DNA of 64,000 nucleotides from Hyphomicrobiales bacterium (GCA_965204565.1 CBDBEU010000005.1:516366-580365), one strand, 5' to 3'; counted from the stretch's first letter, positions 7,662 through 20,603 are shown. The notes: a model not told the origin generated them from the letters alone. Translations and numbers: made by a program.

Positions 7662-9634
7662 TCTCCGAAATTGGCAATCTCGACTTTGGCAAGTTCCTCG
7701 CCCGGTTGAAGACCCAGAATGCGGGCGTAAAAGGCAAGCTCGGCCTCCAATGCGGCAATCACAGTGCCGGATTTGCGAAATCCGTGGCTTTCGCCGGCAA
7801 ATTCATAACTTGCAACTGGAATGCCGCGGGCGTTGAGCGAGGCCACCATGGCGCGCGATTGTTCCGGCGGTACAACACGGTCCTCAAGACCCTGGAAGAA
7901 GATCACCGGCGCGGTGATGCGGTCTGCATTATTGACCGGCGAGCGGGCAGCATAGACTTCAGGAATGTCCGCCGGCATGCCGCCGATCAGGCTATCGAGA
8001 TACCCGGATTCGAATTTGTGGGTGTCGGCGGCAAGTCTTGTCAGATCGGTAACGCCGTAATAACTGGCGCCGGCGGCAAAGCGCTCAGAGCCGATCAGCG
8101 CGTTGAGAACCGTCAGCCCGCCGGCACTTGATCCGCGAATGACGATGCGGGCCGCATCGCACAGGCCCTCGGCAATGGCAAATTCCACCGCCGCGATGGC
8201 GTCTTGCGAGTCAGCCTCGCCCCACAACCCATCGAGCGCACACTGGAATTCGCGGCCATATCCGCTGCTGCCGCGATAATCGACATCGAGAAAGGCAAAG
8301 CCGCGCGTCGTCCAATATTGGCGGTCAAGCGCGAAGCCGCGCCGCGCCATGCCGGTCGGGCCGCCATGGGCGGAGACGATGAGCGGCGGCAGGAAGGCAT
8401 CCGGTGCGGCAAAACGGCTGCTGGCCGGCGGATAATAAAGCGCCCGCGCCTCAGCTTTACCGGTGCTGAAAGCAAGGATGCAGGCATGTGAAATGTCGTC
8501 GGTTTTCAGCATCGGCGCATCGTCGGGCCTCCCGGGCTTGAAGGCGTCCGCATCGCGCGAAATCAGATGCACACGCCCCGGTGCATCATCATCGCCGCCA
8601 TTGACCGCGATCAACTCGCCGCTCGCCGCCACATCGTCAATCCGCGTGAAGCTTGAGGAAAGCGGCGTCCATGAGCCATCCGTTTCCGTGGCGATACCCA
8701 ATTCGGCCCTGCCATCGCGCCAGCACGCGGCCAAGAGGCGGCCGGACTCCAGCACCGCGAAACTGGTCATGCCAAGCGACCACAGCGGGCGGGCAAATTC
8801 GGCCTCCAGACCTGCGACAAGGCGAACCTTGCCATCCCGCCAGACATGCAGATTGCCCCAATCGCCATTCGTGGCGACGAAATAAAGCGCGCCGTCCTTG
8901 CCCCATTCAGGCTGAAACGCGCCGCCCTTCGGCCCGCCGGCAATATGTTCGGCATCAACGATGCCGCCATTGTCGGCAATGCGCGCAACCCACAGCTCGG
9001 CGGCCTCCCACGGCATTGCCGGCAGGTCCCAGGCAAGCCATGCGATCAGCTTTGCGTCGCGGCTGGGGCGCGGGCTTGCGTAAAAATCACGTCCCACGAG
9101 CAGCTGATCGATGCGCCCCTTCGCCTCCCCCTCAAGCTCGACTGCGGCAATGGTGTTTTGCGGCTGGGACGATGGGCGATGGCGCTCGGTCACGGCATAA
9201 AGGCGGGGGCGTGCCGGATCGAATGCCATATCGGCAAATCTGGTGTCGGGCATATTTGTTATGCGCACCGGCGCGGCGCTTTGCGCCAGATAAAGATCCT
9301 GGTCTTCTTCATTGACGAATATGACGCTCCCGCCCGAGGCTGCAAATTGCCCGCCGCCATATTCATGCACCTTGGAGCGGGCGCTGAAGGGCGGGGCAAT
9401 CACATCGCTCACCTGCCCGTCCGCCCGGCGGCGCACAATGGCCACGCGCGAGGCCTCGTGCGGCCGGCGTTCGCACCACAAGATGTCGCTGCCATTGGCG
9501 CCTTTATCGGCACGAGGCAGCGAATAGCCGATTGCGGCAGCGGCAAGATCGGCAGCCGAAACAGGCGATCGCCAACTGCCGAATTCACAGATCTGGCGGG
9601 CTCCTTCCCGCGCTTCACCAGGGTTTTTATTCAT
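7658..9634 (-). CDS. S9 family serine peptidase (prolyl oligopeptidase / acylaminoacyl-peptidase type)
   Basis: 658 aa with a beta-propeller-like N-terminal half and a C-terminal alpha/beta hydrolase domain. Nucleophile motif is IRGSSAGG, and FFQGLEDRVVP is present. 4-nt overlap with ltaE. Confidence 0.85.
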   Translation of the reverse strand: MNKNPGEAREGARQICEFGSWRSPVSAADLAAAAIGYSLPRADKGANGSDILWCERRPHEASRVAIVRRRADGQVSDVIAPPFSARSKVHEYGGGQFAASGGSVIFVNEEDQDLYLAQSAAPVRITNMPDTRFADMAFDPARPRLYAVTERHRPSSQPQNTIAAVELEGEAKGRIDQLLVGRDFYASPRPSRDAKLIAWLAWDLPAMPWEAAELWVARIADNGGIVDAEHIAGGPKGGAFQPEWGKDGALYFVATNGDWGNLHVWRDGKVRLVAGLEAEFARPLWSLGMTSFAVLESGRLLAACWRDGRAELGIATETDGSWTPLSSSFTRIDDVAASGELIAVNGGDDDAPGRVHLISRDADAFKPGRPDDAPMLKTDDISHACILAFSTGKAEARALYYPPASSRFAAPDAFLPPLIVSAHGGPTGMARRGFALDRQYWTTRGFAFLDVDYRGSSGYGREFQCALDGLWGEADSQDAIAAVEFAIAEGLCDAARIVIRGSSAGGLTVLNALIGSERFAAGASYYGVTDLTRLAADTHKFESGYLDSLIGGMPADIPEVYAARSPVNNADRITAPVIFFQGLEDRVVPPEQSRAMVASLNARGIPVASYEFAGESHGFRKSGTVIAALEAELAFYARILGLQPGEELAKVEIANFGD

Positions 9635-9976
9635 GGTGCCGCGAGGATGCGCGATGGCGCGCGCGCCCGCAAGTAAGGGTTGCCATTGGATGCGCCCCGC
9701 ACCAGCTTGTCGAGCGGTTAGATTTCTGGCATCATCGGTTTGAAGGTCAACATAGCTGACCTAAATGGGCGAATAACCGCATGATTGCGCAGTGTGCGGC
9801 AGCAGTGGTGGCAGAGGCGAATTCACATCTTCGGCATCAAACGCCTTTGCCACCGAGTTTGCGGCTGCAATAATGGTGCGCGGTCAGGGCAGCATTGACC
9901 TTCATCCGAAAGTCATGGCGCAGGGACGTGAGTCAATCTTGTTGATCCCCGAAAAAGGACAGGATAACGCGACGCC

Positions 9977-12900
9977 ATGGAAAGCACGCGACAAGACAGG
10001 AAAGCGAATTTGAAGCTGGCGGCGATGTCCAGCGACAGATCGCGCGCGCGAGCCGAGGGTCTGTATCACCCCTCTCATGAGCACGATTCCTGTGGCATCG
10101 GATTTGTCTGCAATATCGACAACTCAAAGGCCCACTCGATCATCGAGCAAGGTCTGTCGGTCCTCAAGAATCTCGAACATCGCGGCGCAGTTGGCGCTGA
10201 CCCCAAGGCAGGCGACGGCTGTGGCATTCTGATCCAGATGCCGCATGATTTCCTGGCAGCGATGGCCGATGAGAGCGGTTTTGAGTTGCCGGAGCTTGAT
10301 CATTATGGCGTCGGCAATCTGTTCCTGCCACGCGATGAGGACCGCCGCGTCAAGGCAATGGCAACGATTGAAAAAGTGATTGCCGAGGAGGGACAGGCAC
10401 TGCTCGGCTGGCGCGATATACCTGTCGATAATTCCGATCTGGGAGAATCTGTACGCCCGACCGAGCCCCATCATTGCCAGCTGTTTATCGGACGCGGCAG
10501 CGAGCTTGCTGATCAGGACGCCTTCGAGCGCAAGCTCTATGTCATCAGGAAGCGCACCTTCAATGCCTTTTGGAGCGAGGATCCCGAACTCGTCGAGGAC
10601 TTCTATATCCCCTCGCTGTCGTCGCGCACCCTTCTCTATAAGGGCATGTTGCTGGCAGGCCAGCTTGGCAGCTATTTCTCCGATCTGAACGACAAGCGCA
10701 TGGTCTCGGCTCTAGCACTGGTGCATCAGCGCTTTTCCACCAACACCTTCCCGACCTGGAGCCTTGCCCAGCCCTTCCGCATGATCTGCCACAATGGCGA
10801 GATCAACACTCTGCGCGGCAATGTGAACTGGATTACCGCGCGCTACGCCACCATGCAGTCCGATGTGCTCGGCGAGGAAATCAAGAAGATCTGGCCGATT
10901 GTGGTCGAGGGCCATTCGGACTCGGCCCAATTCGACAATGTGCTGGAGTTGCTCACACAGTGCGGTTATCCGCTGGCCCATGCGGTGATGACCATGATCC
11001 CGGAGGCCTGGACCGGCAATCCGCTGATGGATGATGAGCGCCGGGCCTTTTATGAGCATCACGCCGCCTTGATGGAGCCTTGGGACGGGCCCGCGGCAAT
11101 CGCCTTTACCGACGGGCGCCAGATCGGCGCCACTCTCGACCGCAACGGGCTGAGGCCCGCGCGCTATCTGGTTACCACCGACGGCCAGGTGGTGTTGTCA
11201 TCGGAAATGGGCGTTCTGCCAATCGAGGAAAGCCGGATCAAAAAAAAGTGGCGGTTGCAGCCGGGCAAGATGCTGCTGATCGACCTGGAAGAGGGGCGTA
11301 TCGTCTCTGACGATGAGCTCAAGAAACAGCTCGCAAGCGCTCATCCCTATCAGTCCTGGCTCGACGAGACCCAGATTGTTCTGGAAGAGCTGCCATCGGT
11401 GCCGGCCCGCGCAAGGCCTTCCAATGTCGGTCTGCTCGATCTGCAGCAGGCCTTCGGCTACACCGAGGAAGACCTTAAATTCCTGCTCTCGCCAATGGCC
11501 ACCACCGGCCAGGAAGCGGTAGGCTCGATGGGCACCGACACGCCGATCTCGGCACTGTCCTCGCGGCCCAAGCTGCTCGCCACCTATTTCAAGCAGAACT
11601 TTGCGCAGGTCACCAATCCGCCGATCGACCCGATCCGCGAAGAGCTGGTGATGTCGCTGGTCTCATTCATCGGCCCGCGCCCCAATCTGCTCGATCCGGA
11701 AAAGACCGCGAGCCTGAAGCGCCTGGAAGTGCGCCAGCCGATTCTGGCGAACGAGGACCTGGAAAAGATCCGCGCCATCGGCGAGATCGCCGACAACCAT
11801 TTCCAGACCATCACGCTCGACATCACCTTTGGCGCGCGCCGCGGCAAGGCGGGATTGCAGCTCGCCGTCGAGCGTTTGTGCGAGCGCGCCGAAAAGGCGG
11901 TGCGCGACGGCTACAACATCATCATTCTATCAGACCGGCTGACCGGAGTTGAGCGGATGCCGTTGCCGGCACTGCTCGCCACCTCGGCGGTGCACCACCA
12001 TCTGATCCGCGCCGGGCTTCGCACCTCGGTCGGGATCGTGATCGAGACCGGAGAGGCACGCGAGGTGCACCATTTCTGCACCCTTGCCGGCTATGGCGCC
12101 GAAGCCGTCAATCCCTACCTCGCATTCGAGACGCTGGACCAGCTGCGCCATTCTCTGGGCCAGGATGTCAGCCGCAAATCGGCGATCAAGCGCTACATCA
12201 AGGCGGTCAACAAGGGCATCTTGAAGGTCATGTCCAAGATGGGCATTTCGACCTACCAGTCCTATTGCGGCGCGCAGATTTTCGATGCCGTCGGCCTCGA
12301 TGTCGGATTTGTCGACAAGTATTTCACCGGCACGCACTCGAAAATCGGCGGCATTGGGCTTGATGAGCTGGCCGAGGAGACCATGCGCCGCCACCAGGCA
12401 GCCTTTGGCAAATCGCCGGTGCTGGAACACACACTCGATGTCGGCGGCGAATATGCCTACCGCATCCGCGGCGAGGACCATGTCTGGACCTACGACACGG
12501 TGCGCGATCTGCAGCATGCAGTGCGCTCCAACACACCTGACCTGTACAAGTCGTTTGCCGCGCAGATCAACGAGCAAAATGCAAGACTGCTGACGATTCG
12601 TGGACTGTTCCAGGTTCAGGACGCGGCCAGTGATGGGCGAAGCCCCGTGCCTTTGGAAGAGGTCGAACCGGCAGCCGAGATCGTCAAGCGTTTTTCAACC
12701 GGCGCCATGTCCTACGGCTCGATCAGCCGTGAGGCGCATACCACGCTGGCGATCGCCATGAACCGCATGGGCGGGCGCTCCAACACCGGTGAGGGCGGCG
12801 AGGAAGTTGACCGCTTCGTGCCGCTCGCCAATGGCGATTCCATGCGTTCGGCGATCAAGCAGGTGGCCTCGGGCCGGTTCGGCGTCACGGCTGAATATCT

Positions 12901-14677
12901 CGCCAATTCGGACATGATCCAGATCAAGATGGCGCAGGGAGCCAAGCCCGGCGAGGGCGGTCAGCTTCCCGGCCACAAGGTCGATGCGATCATCGCCAAG
13001 GTGCGTCATTCAACGCCCGGCGTTGGTCTTATCTCACCGCCGCCGCATCATGATATCTATTCGATTGAGGATCTGGCGCAGCTGATTTTCGATCTCAAAA
13101 ACGCCAATCTCGACGCTTGGATCAGCGTCAAGCTGGTCTCCGAAGTGGGCGTTGGCACGGTCGCCGCGGGTGTGTCCAAGGCGCGCGCCGACCATGTGAC
13201 GGTTTCAGGCTTTGAAGGCGGCACTGGTGCAAGCCCGCTGACCTCGATCAAACATGCCGGCTTGCCCTGGGAAATCGGTCTTGCCGAAACCCACCAGACC
13301 CTGGTCATCAACCGGCTCAGGAGCCGCATTTCGGTTCAGGTCGATGGCGGCCTCAGAACCGGGCGCGATGTGGTGATCGGCGCGCTGTTGGGCGCTGATG
13401 AATTCGGCTTTTCCACCGCGCCGCTGATCGCCGCCGGCTGCCTGATGATGCGCAAATGCCATCTCAATACCTGCCCGGTCGGCATCGCCACCCAGGACCC
13501 TGAGCTCAGAAAGCGCTTCAATGGCCAGCCCGAGCACATCATCAACTATTTCTTCTTCGTGGCCGAAGAGGCGCGCGCGCTGATGGCGTCGATGGGCTTC
13601 CGTTCCTTCAACGAAATGATCGGGCAGAGCCAGATGCTGAACAAGCGCGCCGTGATCGACCATTGGAAGGCTGAAGGCCTTGATTTCCAGCGTCTGTTCC
13701 ACAAGCCCGAAGCGCCCGAGGGTGCCGGCATCTTCAAGTCGGACGCGCAGGATCACCAGATCCACACCATTCTCGATCGGACGCTGATCGAAAAGGCGGA
13801 GCCGGCGCTGGAGCGCAGGGAAAAGGTGTCGTTTGAAACTCCGATCCACAACACCGACCGCACCACCGGCACCATGCTTTCAAGCGAGATTGCGTGGCGC
13901 TACGGCCATGCCGGGCTCGATCCCGACACCATTCACATCAAGCTCACCGGCACCGCCGGCCAGAGCTTCGGCGCGTTCCTCGCGCACGGCGTGACGCTGG
14001 AGTTAATGGGTGAGGGAAATGACTATGTCGGCAAGGGCCTGTCGGGTGGCAAGCTGATTGTCTATCCTGATCCTGGGTCCAAGATCGTGCCTGAGGAGAG
14101 CATGATCGTCGGCAACACCGTGCTTTACGGCGCTGTTGAGGGCGAGTGTTACTTCCGCGGCATTGCCGGCGAGCGCTTTGCGGTCAGGAATTCCGGTGCC
14201 ATCGCCGTGGTCGAGGGAACGGGCGATCATGGCTGCGAGTACATGACCGGCGGCGTGGCGGTGATACTGGGACCGACCGGGCGCAATTTCGCCGCCGGCA
14301 TGTCCGGCGGCATCGCCTATGTGTTTAACGAGGATGGCGACTTCACCAAGCGCTGCAATCTGTCGATGGTCGAGCTTGAGCCGATCAAGGCCGAGGACGA
14401 TCTGCTGGAGCGGCTGCACCACCAGGGCGGCGATCTGGAAAGCCACGGCCGGGTCGATATCATGAAGTCGATGTCGAAGTTCGACGCCGAGCGCATTTTC
14501 ACCCTGGTTTCCAATCACGCTGCCTATACCGGCTCGACCACAGCCCAGATGGTGATCGACGACTGGACCACCTATCTGCCGAAATTCGTCAAGGTCATGC
14601 CGGTCGAATACCGCCGCGCGCTGAGCGACATGGAAGAACACGGCGCCGAACAAGCGGCCTTGGTGTTGGGCGAGTAG
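9977..14677 (+). CDS. gltB: Glutamate synthase (NADPH) large subunit
   Basis: 1566-aa ORF with [13 protein letters not shown] (N-terminal amidotransferase Cys), FMN and GXGXG domains. The start may instead be the in-frame ATG at 10025. Confidence 0.95.
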   Translation: MESTRQDRKANLKLAAMSSDRSRARAEGLYHPSHEHDSCGIGFVCNIDNSKAHSIIEQGLSVLKNLEHRGAVGADPKAGDGCGILIQMPHDFLAAMADESGFELPELDHYGVGNLFLPRDEDRRVKAMATIEKVIAEEGQALLGWRDIPVDNSDLGESVRPTEPHHCQLFIGRGSELADQDAFERKLYVIRKRTFNAFWSEDPELVEDFYIPSLSSRTLLYKGMLLAGQLGSYFSDLNDKRMVSALALVHQRFSTNTFPTWSLAQPFRMICHNGEINTLRGNVNWITARYATMQSDVLGEEIKKIWPIVVEGHSDSAQFDNVLELLTQCGYPLAHAVMTMIPEAWTGNPLMDDERRAFYEHHAALMEPWDGPAAIAFTDGRQIGATLDRNGLRPARYLVTTDGQVVLSSEMGVLPIEESRIKKKWRLQPGKMLLIDLEEGRIVSDDELKKQLASAHPYQSWLDETQIVLEELPSVPARARPSNVGLLDLQQAFGYTEEDLKFLLSPMATTGQEAVGSMGTDTPISALSSRPKLLATYFKQNFAQVTNPPIDPIREELVMSLVSFIGPRPNLLDPEKTASLKRLEVRQPILANEDLEKIRAIGEIADNHFQTITLDITFGARRGKAGLQLAVERLCERAEKAVRDGYNIIILSDRLTGVERMPLPALLATSAVHHHLIRAGLRTSVGIVIETGEAREVHHFCTLAGYGAEAVNPYLAFETLDQLRHSLGQDVSRKSAIKRYIKAVNKGILKVMSKMGISTYQSYCGAQIFDAVGLDVGFVDKYFTGTHSKIGGIGLDELAEETMRRHQAAFGKSPVLEHTLDVGGEYAYRIRGEDHVWTYDTVRDLQHAVRSNTPDLYKSFAAQINEQNARLLTIRGLFQVQDAASDGRSPVPLEEVEPAAEIVKRFSTGAMSYGSISREAHTTLAIAMNRMGGRSNTGEGGEEVDRFVPLANGDSMRSAIKQVASGRFGVTAEYLANSDMIQIKMAQGAKPGEGGQLPGHKVDAIIAKVRHSTPGVGLISPPPHHDIYSIEDLAQLIFDLKNANLDAWISVKLVSEVGVGTVAAGVSKARADHVTVSGFEGGTGASPLTSIKHAGLPWEIGLAETHQTLVINRLRSRISVQVDGGLRTGRDVVIGALLGADEFGFSTAPLIAAGCLMMRKCHLNTCPVGIATQDPELRKRFNGQPEHIINYFFFVAEEARALMASMGFRSFNEMIGQSQMLNKRAVIDHWKAEGLDFQRLFHKPEAPEGAGIFKSDAQDHQIHTILDRTLIEKAEPALERREKVSFETPIHNTDRTTGTMLSSEIAWRYGHAGLDPDTIHIKLTGTAGQSFGAFLAHGVTLELMGEGNDYVGKGLSGGKLIVYPDPGSKIVPEESMIVGNTVLYGAVEGECYFRGIAGERFAVRNSGAIAVVEGTGDHGCEYMTGGVAVILGPTGRNFAAGMSGGIAYVFNEDGDFTKRCNLSMVELEPIKAEDDLLERLHHQGGDLESHGRVDIMKSMSKFDAERIFTLVSNHAAYTGSTTAQMVIDDWTTYLPKFVKVMPVEYRRALSDMEEHGAEQAALVLGE

Positions 14678-14682
14678 ATCAC

Positions 14683-16101
14683 ATGGGCAAAGTCACCGGA
14701 TTTCTCGAAATCGACCGGCGCGACCGGAAGCATCTTCCAGCCTCGGACCGGATTCGCAATTTCGACGAGTTTGTCATTCCCCTGGGTGAAACCGCTGCCC
14801 GCGATCAGGCGGCGCGCTGCATGGATTGCGGCATTCCCTATTGTCACAATGGCTGCCCGATCAACAATCAGATTCCGGACTGGAATGATCTGGTCTATCG
14901 CGACAATTGGCGCGAGGCGCTGATCAATCTGCACTCGACCAACAATTTTCCGGAGTTCACCGGTCGCGTCTGTCCGGCGCCATGCGAGGCTGCGTGCACG
15001 CTCAATCTGATCGAGGCACCAGTCACTATCAAGACCATTGAGTGCGCAATCGTCGATCGCGGATTTGCTGAGGGCTGGATCGCACCCGATCCGCCAGAGG
15101 TGCGAACCGGCAAGAAAGTAGCGGTCATCGGATCAGGACCGGCGGGCCTTGCCTGCGCCCAGCAATTGGCGCGGCGCGGCCATGAAGTCCACGTGTTTGA
15201 AAAGAACGCCAAGGCAGGCGGTCTGCTGCGTTACGGCATCCCCGATTTCAAGATGGAAAAACATTTGATCGACCGCAGGGTCAAGCAGATGCAGGCCGAG
15301 GGCGTGGTGTTCCACTATGACGCCCAGATCGGTGTCGGGATCCCGGCCGGCGAGATCGTCGATGGTCACGACGCGGTGGTTCTGGCAGGCGGCTCTGAAA
15401 CACCGCGCGATCTGCCCGTAGAGGGCCGCGATCTGGCCAGCGTACATTTCGCCATGGAGTTCCTGCCGCAGCAAAACCGCAGGGTGAACGGCGAGTCGTT
15501 TCACGACGCCCAGCCGATCACGGCTGCAGGAAAGCATGTCGTCGTCATTGGCGGCGGCGATACCGGGTCGGACTGCATCGGTACATCATTCCGCCAGGCG
15601 GCACTCTCGGTCACGCAACTTGAGATCATGCCCAAGCCGCCGCAATCCGAAGACAAGCTTTCCACCTGGCCGGACTGGCCATTGAAAATGCGCACCTCTT
15701 CAAGCCAGGCCGAAGGCGCCGAGCGTGACTGGTCGGTGATGACCACCAAGATCACCGGGCGCAATGGCCATTCCGAGACGCTTCATTGCGTGCGTGTCGA
15801 TGAGAAACTGAAGCCGATCGAGGGCAGCGAATTCGAGATCAAGGCCGATCTGGTGTTGCTCGCCATGGGCTTTGTACATCCGGTGCATGAGGGCATGCTG
15901 GATGAGCTGGACGTGGAGCGCGACGGCCGCGGCAATGTGCTGGCCGATACCGAGAATTACGCCACCAGCCTCGACAAGGTGTTTTCCGCCGGCGATATGC
16001 GCCGCGGTCAGTCGCTGGTTGTCTGGGCGATCCGTGAAGGACGCCAGACCGCGCATGCGGTCGACAAGGCCTTGATGGGAGCGAGCGAGTTGCCGCGCTA
16101 A
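14683..16101 (+). CDS. gltD: Glutamate synthase small subunit
   Basis: 472 aa: [34 protein letters not shown]. Lies 5 nt after gltB. Confidence 0.95.
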   Translation: MGKVTGFLEIDRRDRKHLPASDRIRNFDEFVIPLGETAARDQAARCMDCGIPYCHNGCPINNQIPDWNDLVYRDNWREALINLHSTNNFPEFTGRVCPAPCEAACTLNLIEAPVTIKTIECAIVDRGFAEGWIAPDPPEVRTGKKVAVIGSGPAGLACAQQLARRGHEVHVFEKNAKAGGLLRYGIPDFKMEKHLIDRRVKQMQAEGVVFHYDAQIGVGIPAGEIVDGHDAVVLAGGSETPRDLPVEGRDLASVHFAMEFLPQQNRRVNGESFHDAQPITAAGKHVVVIGGGDTGSDCIGTSFRQAALSVTQLEIMPKPPQSEDKLSTWPDWPLKMRTSSSQAEGAERDWSVMTTKITGRNGHSETLHCVRVDEKLKPIEGSEFEIKADLVLLAMGFVHPVHEGMLDELDVERDGRGNVLADTENYATSLDKVFSAGDMRRGQSLVVWAIREGRQTAHAVDKALMGASELPR

Positions 16102-16108
16102 GGCGTTG

Positions 16109-17323
16109 CTACTTGCGCGGCCAGGCAAAATCGTCGGCGCGGCCGGGTTTTGGTTCCAGAGATTCACCACGCATCAGCACTTGGAACAGCGGTGAAACCG
16201 TCGCCTCGCCATCGTTCTTGGCGCCGCTGCCAAGCGTGGACAGCGCAACCGCCGGCCCGCCAAGGCCCTCACCGGCCTGACCACCCGGATTTGCGCCGGC
16301 CAGCTCCTTGTCGGTGGCACCTGCACCCATACCCGACACCACCAGCCCGCCGGATCTGGATTGAATAATCAGCCGCTTTCCATCGACGCCGGCAACAGAT
16401 ATATCGCGCCTGATCACCTGATCGACAAAATGGCCAAGCTTGGCATTGCCGGCGTTGGTCAGATGAATGCCGTCCGAGCGGCGCATGGTGCGCCGCTGGC
16501 CGGTCAGATCCGGACCGTCCTTGGAGTATTCGCCCTCGGCAGTGGCAAAAGCATCCCACACGTCGATGAACGGGGCGCCGGTCAGGCCGGCGCGCTCGCG
16601 CACCGTATTGTTCAAAAAGGCAATGTCTTGGGAATAGCGATTGGCGCGCATGATCGGCAATCCGGTCCAGTAGACCGCAGCGCCGTGATTTTGCAGGATC
16701 TTGATCAGCTCATCCACGCGCGATCGATAAACCTCGGTCCAGCGCGGGGTTTTGAGCTCAAAACTCTGGCCATCAAGCTGAATTGCCTGGCGGTCATTGA
16801 TGCCGATCATCAAGATGGCGATATTGATCCGCTGACCTTCGATTGCCCTGGTGATCTCGTCAGCCCAATCATAATAGTCCTTGCGCACGATGCCGCTATT
16901 GGTGCGGCTCATGCGCTGGACCTGAAATCCCTTTTCCTCAGTCATGATCCCGGCCAGCCCGTCAGCCAGGCCCACGGCCATGGAATCTCCAAACACCACA
17001 ACGCGGGTTTTATCTTCGATGGCCGGCGTCTTGGTGAACTGGCTGGCGACCGGACCCGCCGGTAGGCGCGGCGCTGAAGGCGCTGCCGCACTTGGTTGCC
17101 CCGGCACCGAGCGCCGTGCTCCCCTCGATGGCTGGGTCCAGCGCGAACGACCAGAGCGTCGGCGGGGTGCGGACTCGAACGGCCGGAAAAGCTGGACATC
17201 TTGAATCAGACCCTGATTTGGGGCAAGTGCACGAGGTGTTATTGGCGCAGCGACACTCACATCCGCCATGGCAATCAGCCATAAGCAGGCCAACGCGCAA
17301 ATATGCAATACACCAAAGCGCAT
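16109..17323 (-). CDS. Secreted SGNH/GDSL-type hydrolase (DUF459-like)
   Basis: Signal peptide, Pro/Ala-rich linker, then VVVFGDSMAVGLADGL ... ILMIGINDRQ ... DGIHLT motifs. Confidence 0.75.
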   Translation of the reverse strand: MRFGVLHICALACLWLIAMADVSVAAPITPRALAPNQGLIQDVQLFRPFESAPRRRSGRSRWTQPSRGARRSVPGQPSAAAPSAPRLPAGPVASQFTKTPAIEDKTRVVVFGDSMAVGLADGLAGIMTEEKGFQVQRMSRTNSGIVRKDYYDWADEITRAIEGQRINIAILMIGINDRQAIQLDGQSFELKTPRWTEVYRSRVDELIKILQNHGAAVYWTGLPIMRANRYSQDIAFLNNTVRERAGLTGAPFIDVWDAFATAEGEYSKDGPDLTGQRRTMRRSDGIHLTNAGNAKLGHFVDQVIRRDISVAGVDGKRLIIQSRSGGLVVSGMGAGATDKELAGANPGGQAGEGLGGPAVALSTLGSGAKNDGEATVSPLFQVLMRGESLEPKPGRADDFAWPRK

Positions 17324-17462
17324 TCGAAGGGTCCTCAGGCGACTGAGCGAAGGTATCTCGCCGCGTTTTTCATTCCCGCATCCTCGCCCTGCGCATCCGT
17401 GCGGCGTTGCCGTGCATCATTCACCACACGGCGATGGCGAAACCATGGCCGATCATGCCGCC

Positions 17463-18815
17463 TCAGCTGTCGCTTCGCAACTGCTCGAGCAGGTTTCCGG
17501 TGGCAAAACCGTCGGGAACCAAGCCCACCGAAGTCTGATAGGCGCGCGCGCCTCTTCGGTGCGCGGGCCAATACGGCCGTCAACACCGCCGGTGTCGAAT
17601 CCGAAGCTAGGTAAACAGGTGCTGCAGCTCCACGCGCTCGTCCCGGCCGAGAATACGTTCATTCACCGGCCAGCGAGCCAGGAACGCTCCGCCATTGCGC
17701 AGCCGGTCGGCGAGATGGCCAACCGCAAGCGCATAGGCATCGGAATTATTGTAGCGCTTGATCACCGAAAAGTTCTTCAACAGAAGAAACGCCGGTCCAT
17801 TTGCACCGGCCGGAAGATGCAAAATGGCCTCATCGCCTGAGCGCGGTAAGGCCCGTCCATTGGTGCGCTCGACCCCGCGTTGGCGCCAACTGGAGATAGC
17901 CATCGACTGGCCGGCGAGGTCGAAGTCGAAAGCCGTCGGCAACCGCAATTTCATATCCCCGGGTCTCACCCGGGCGCCAGCCCGCCTGTGACAGGTAATT
18001 GGCGGTTGAGCCCAGGGTATCGGGCATATTGTTCCAGATGTCGCGCCGGCCATCACCGTCAAAATCGACGGCGTGGCTTTCATAGGTGGTGGGAATGAAC
18101 TGGGTGTGACCCATGGCGCCGGCTACGAACCGATCATGCTCTCAGGCGCCATATTTTCCTGTTGCATGATCGACAGCGCCACCAGCAATTGGGAGCGCGC
18201 ATATTTGCTGCGCTTGGGATCGAGATAGGCGAGCGAGCGGATCACCGGCCGCACTAGGGTCTGATCGCGCAGCAGATGACCGTAGGTCGACCCCATGCCC
18301 CAGATCGCTACCACAATGTGCCGGTCGATGTTATAGGCCGCCTCGATCGCATCGAGCACATTTGCGTGCTGGCTTATCGCCTCGTGCCCGAGCTCAATGC
18401 GCCGTTCCGATACCGCGCCCTCGATATACTCCCAGATCGGCTTGACGAATTCAGGCTGATGATTGGCCTTTTCCAGCACCCAAAGATCAGGCGTCAAACA
18501 GGCAAAGGCGCCGTCGAAGGTCGTGGCCGAAACGCCGGTGGAAAGAGCCTCGCGCCGGAGTTCCTGCTTGAAGTCCTCAAACCCTTGAATCGTGCCGCTG
18601 ACCGCGCCCCCTGGTTCGATGCGATTGTAGCGTCCGGCGGTGGAGAACACATCCATCATGAAGTTCAGCATCTGCCCGTAAGCAGGTGTGAATGTTGATG
18701 AGTAAATCAGCGTGCAGATGAGCATGCTTGCGACATGGCGCATATGTTCAGCCCTTTGCAGTGCAGGCGTTAATTCCCCGCAAAGTCCATGATCACCCAA
18801 TAGCGTTAACCGCAT
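17463..18815 (-). pseudogene. Lytic murein transglycosylase (MltB-like, C-terminal peptidoglycan-binding domain), at least 4 frame disruptions
   Basis: Homologous segments sit in 4 frames: 18123..18815 (...AIWGMGSTYG...), 17830..18114 (MGHTQFIPTTY...), 17607..18083 (...LPRSGDEAILHLPAGANGPAFLLLKNF...), and 17463..17660 (LGFDTGGVDGRIGPRT.. / YQTSVGLVPDGFATGNLLEQLRSDS*). At 18120-18125 GS-TAG-CCGGCGCC-ATG is 1 nt short of GSYAGAMG. Confidence 0.75.
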
Positions 18816-18906
18816 TTAAAGCAGTTGACCGCGTGAATATGACCATGCCGAATGTGTCCTGAATCCGAAAAAGTGCCGAATTGAGGCGCCCCGGGACAAC
18901 ATTTCG

Positions 18907-20389
18907 CGGCAATTTCCTGTAGGATTATTTTTGTTCATTATCAATTTGTCGGGGAAGGTCTACGCGTTTTCTTTCGTGGGCTTTTTGCGCCGGATCGGCT
19001 TTTATTCGGCAAAACAGCCAGCAAAGCAGAGCAGCAATATGTCCGGAAACTCTTTCCGCAAACATCTGTCGATGCCAGGCATGCTTCGCCCGCATCCCCG
19101 ACCCCGATCAACACACGTGACTTCAGCCTGTCCGACTGCCTGATGTCCGCACTGGCGGTGTTTTCACTCAAGTTTCCGTCGTTGCTTCAGTTTGACCGGC
19201 AGGTGCGCGGCGGCGAGGATCCGGTCCAGGCGCGGAACCTCCGCTCGCTTTTTGGCGTGGAAAAAATGCCCTCGGACACGCGGATGCGCGCGCGCCTTGA
19301 CGCAGTCGACTCCCGCGACCCGCGCCGCTGCTTCAAGCAGATCCATGCCGCCCTGCAACGCGGCAAGGTGCTCGAAGGCTGGACGGTCTTCGACGGGCAT
19401 CTGCTGATCTCGGTGGATGGCACCGGCCAGCATTCCTCGCACAAGGTCGGTTGCAGGCGCTGCTCGTGAAGAGCCACCACGACGGGTCGAAGACGTACGA
19501 CCACCAGCCCCTCGGCGCGGCGGTGGTCCACCCCGACCTGAAGGGGGTGTTCCCACTGGCGCCGGAGCCGATCCGGAATGAGGACGGAACCACGAAGAAC
19601 GACTGCGAGCGGAACGCCGCGAAGCGTCTCCTCAGCGACCTGCGCCGGGAGCACGCGCACATCAAGGCGGTCATCGTCGAGGACGGGCCGGCGTCCAACG
19701 GACCCCGCATCAGGCATCTGCGGGACAAGGGTTTTCGTTTCATCCTCGGCGCGAAGCCGGGCGATCACGAACTGCTGTTCAGTCGGGTCAAGGCCAGCGA
19801 GACGCAGCAGACACGGGAGACGCGTGACAAGACGACCGGCAGGATGCATCGCTTCGAGTGGGACGCACACCTGCCGCTCAACGACGCGAGCTTCGAGGTG
19901 AGGGTCAACATGCTGAACGACGAGGAGACTGACACGAAAGGCACGAAAGGAAAGAGAAAGAGTTTCTCATGGATCACCGATCTCCCGCCGGAGCGGGACA
20001 CGGTGATGTCCGTCATGCGGGCCGCCCGCCGCAGATGGGCGATTGAGAACGAAACGTTCCAGACACTGAAGGCGCGGGAGCACCGGGAGCGTATCCTCTC
20101 CCTTTGGGACAGGATGCGCAGCCTGTTGCAGAACTTGCGCATCACGGACTGGCAGACTTTCTATCTCGCCCTGTCAGGGGAGATGAAGAAACCGGAACTC
20201 GCAGCCTTGCTTCCCGACGGGCGGTAGCTTCTCCGGCCACGCGCGACAGACACTGTCCCGCCCTTCGCCGAAACCTCGTTGTCCGGGCAACTGACCGGCC
20301 ATCAGCCATGCGTGCGCCGACCGACCGCTCATTGCAGCCCGACCGTAACAGACGTCAATGAGAGGAAATTATTCCTGCAGGGAATTGCT
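18907..20389 (+). mobile_element. IS element (ISKra4/ISNCY-like DDE transposase) with degraded transposase
   Basis: About 24-bp imperfect inverted repeats (ggcaatttcctgtaggattattt at 18907-18930; aaattattcctgcagggaattgct at 20366-20389). Transposase pieces lie in 3 frames (19038.., 19143..19469, 19451..20227) with ...NDCERNAAKRLL...WAIENETFQTLK... and an apparent internal deletion. Confidence 0.6.
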
Positions 20390-20477
20390 GAACATTTCGA
20401 TACCTTAGTTGACAACCGCAAGGCCGGACAATAATGTCCGCTCTCTCTCAGTACGTTTCAGTGAAATGGCCTTGCCG

Positions 20478-20603
20478 ATGAAAGTCCGCAATTCAATCAA
20501 GTCCCTGCGCAACCGCCACCGCGATAACCGGGTTGTTCGCCGGCGTGGGCGAATCTATGTCATCAACAAGACCAATCGCCGCTTCAAAGCAAGGCAGGGC
20601 TGA
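20478..20603 (+). CDS. rpmJ: 50S ribosomal protein L36 (Cys-less, YkgO-type)
   Basis: 41 aa: [41 protein letters not shown]. Confidence 0.9.
   Translation: MKVRNSIKSLRNRHRDNRVVRRRGRIYVINKTNRRFKARQG

Noticed and set aside
9635-9976. 340-bp region upstream of gltB, inspected for a sigma54 promoter, riboswitch or small ORF (for example ORF 9792..10013)
   Set aside because: There is no TGGCAC-N5-TTGC match and no convincing conserved hairpins. The 73-aa ORF overlaps the gltB start region and has no RBS or family resemblance. Nothing can be supported from sequence alone.
20478-20603. Cys-less L36 considered as a possible zinc-starvation paralog
   Set aside because: In Alphaproteobacteria the Cys-less form is the normal, sole L36. 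No Zur box or second rpmJ is visible in the window, so there is no basis for a special claim.
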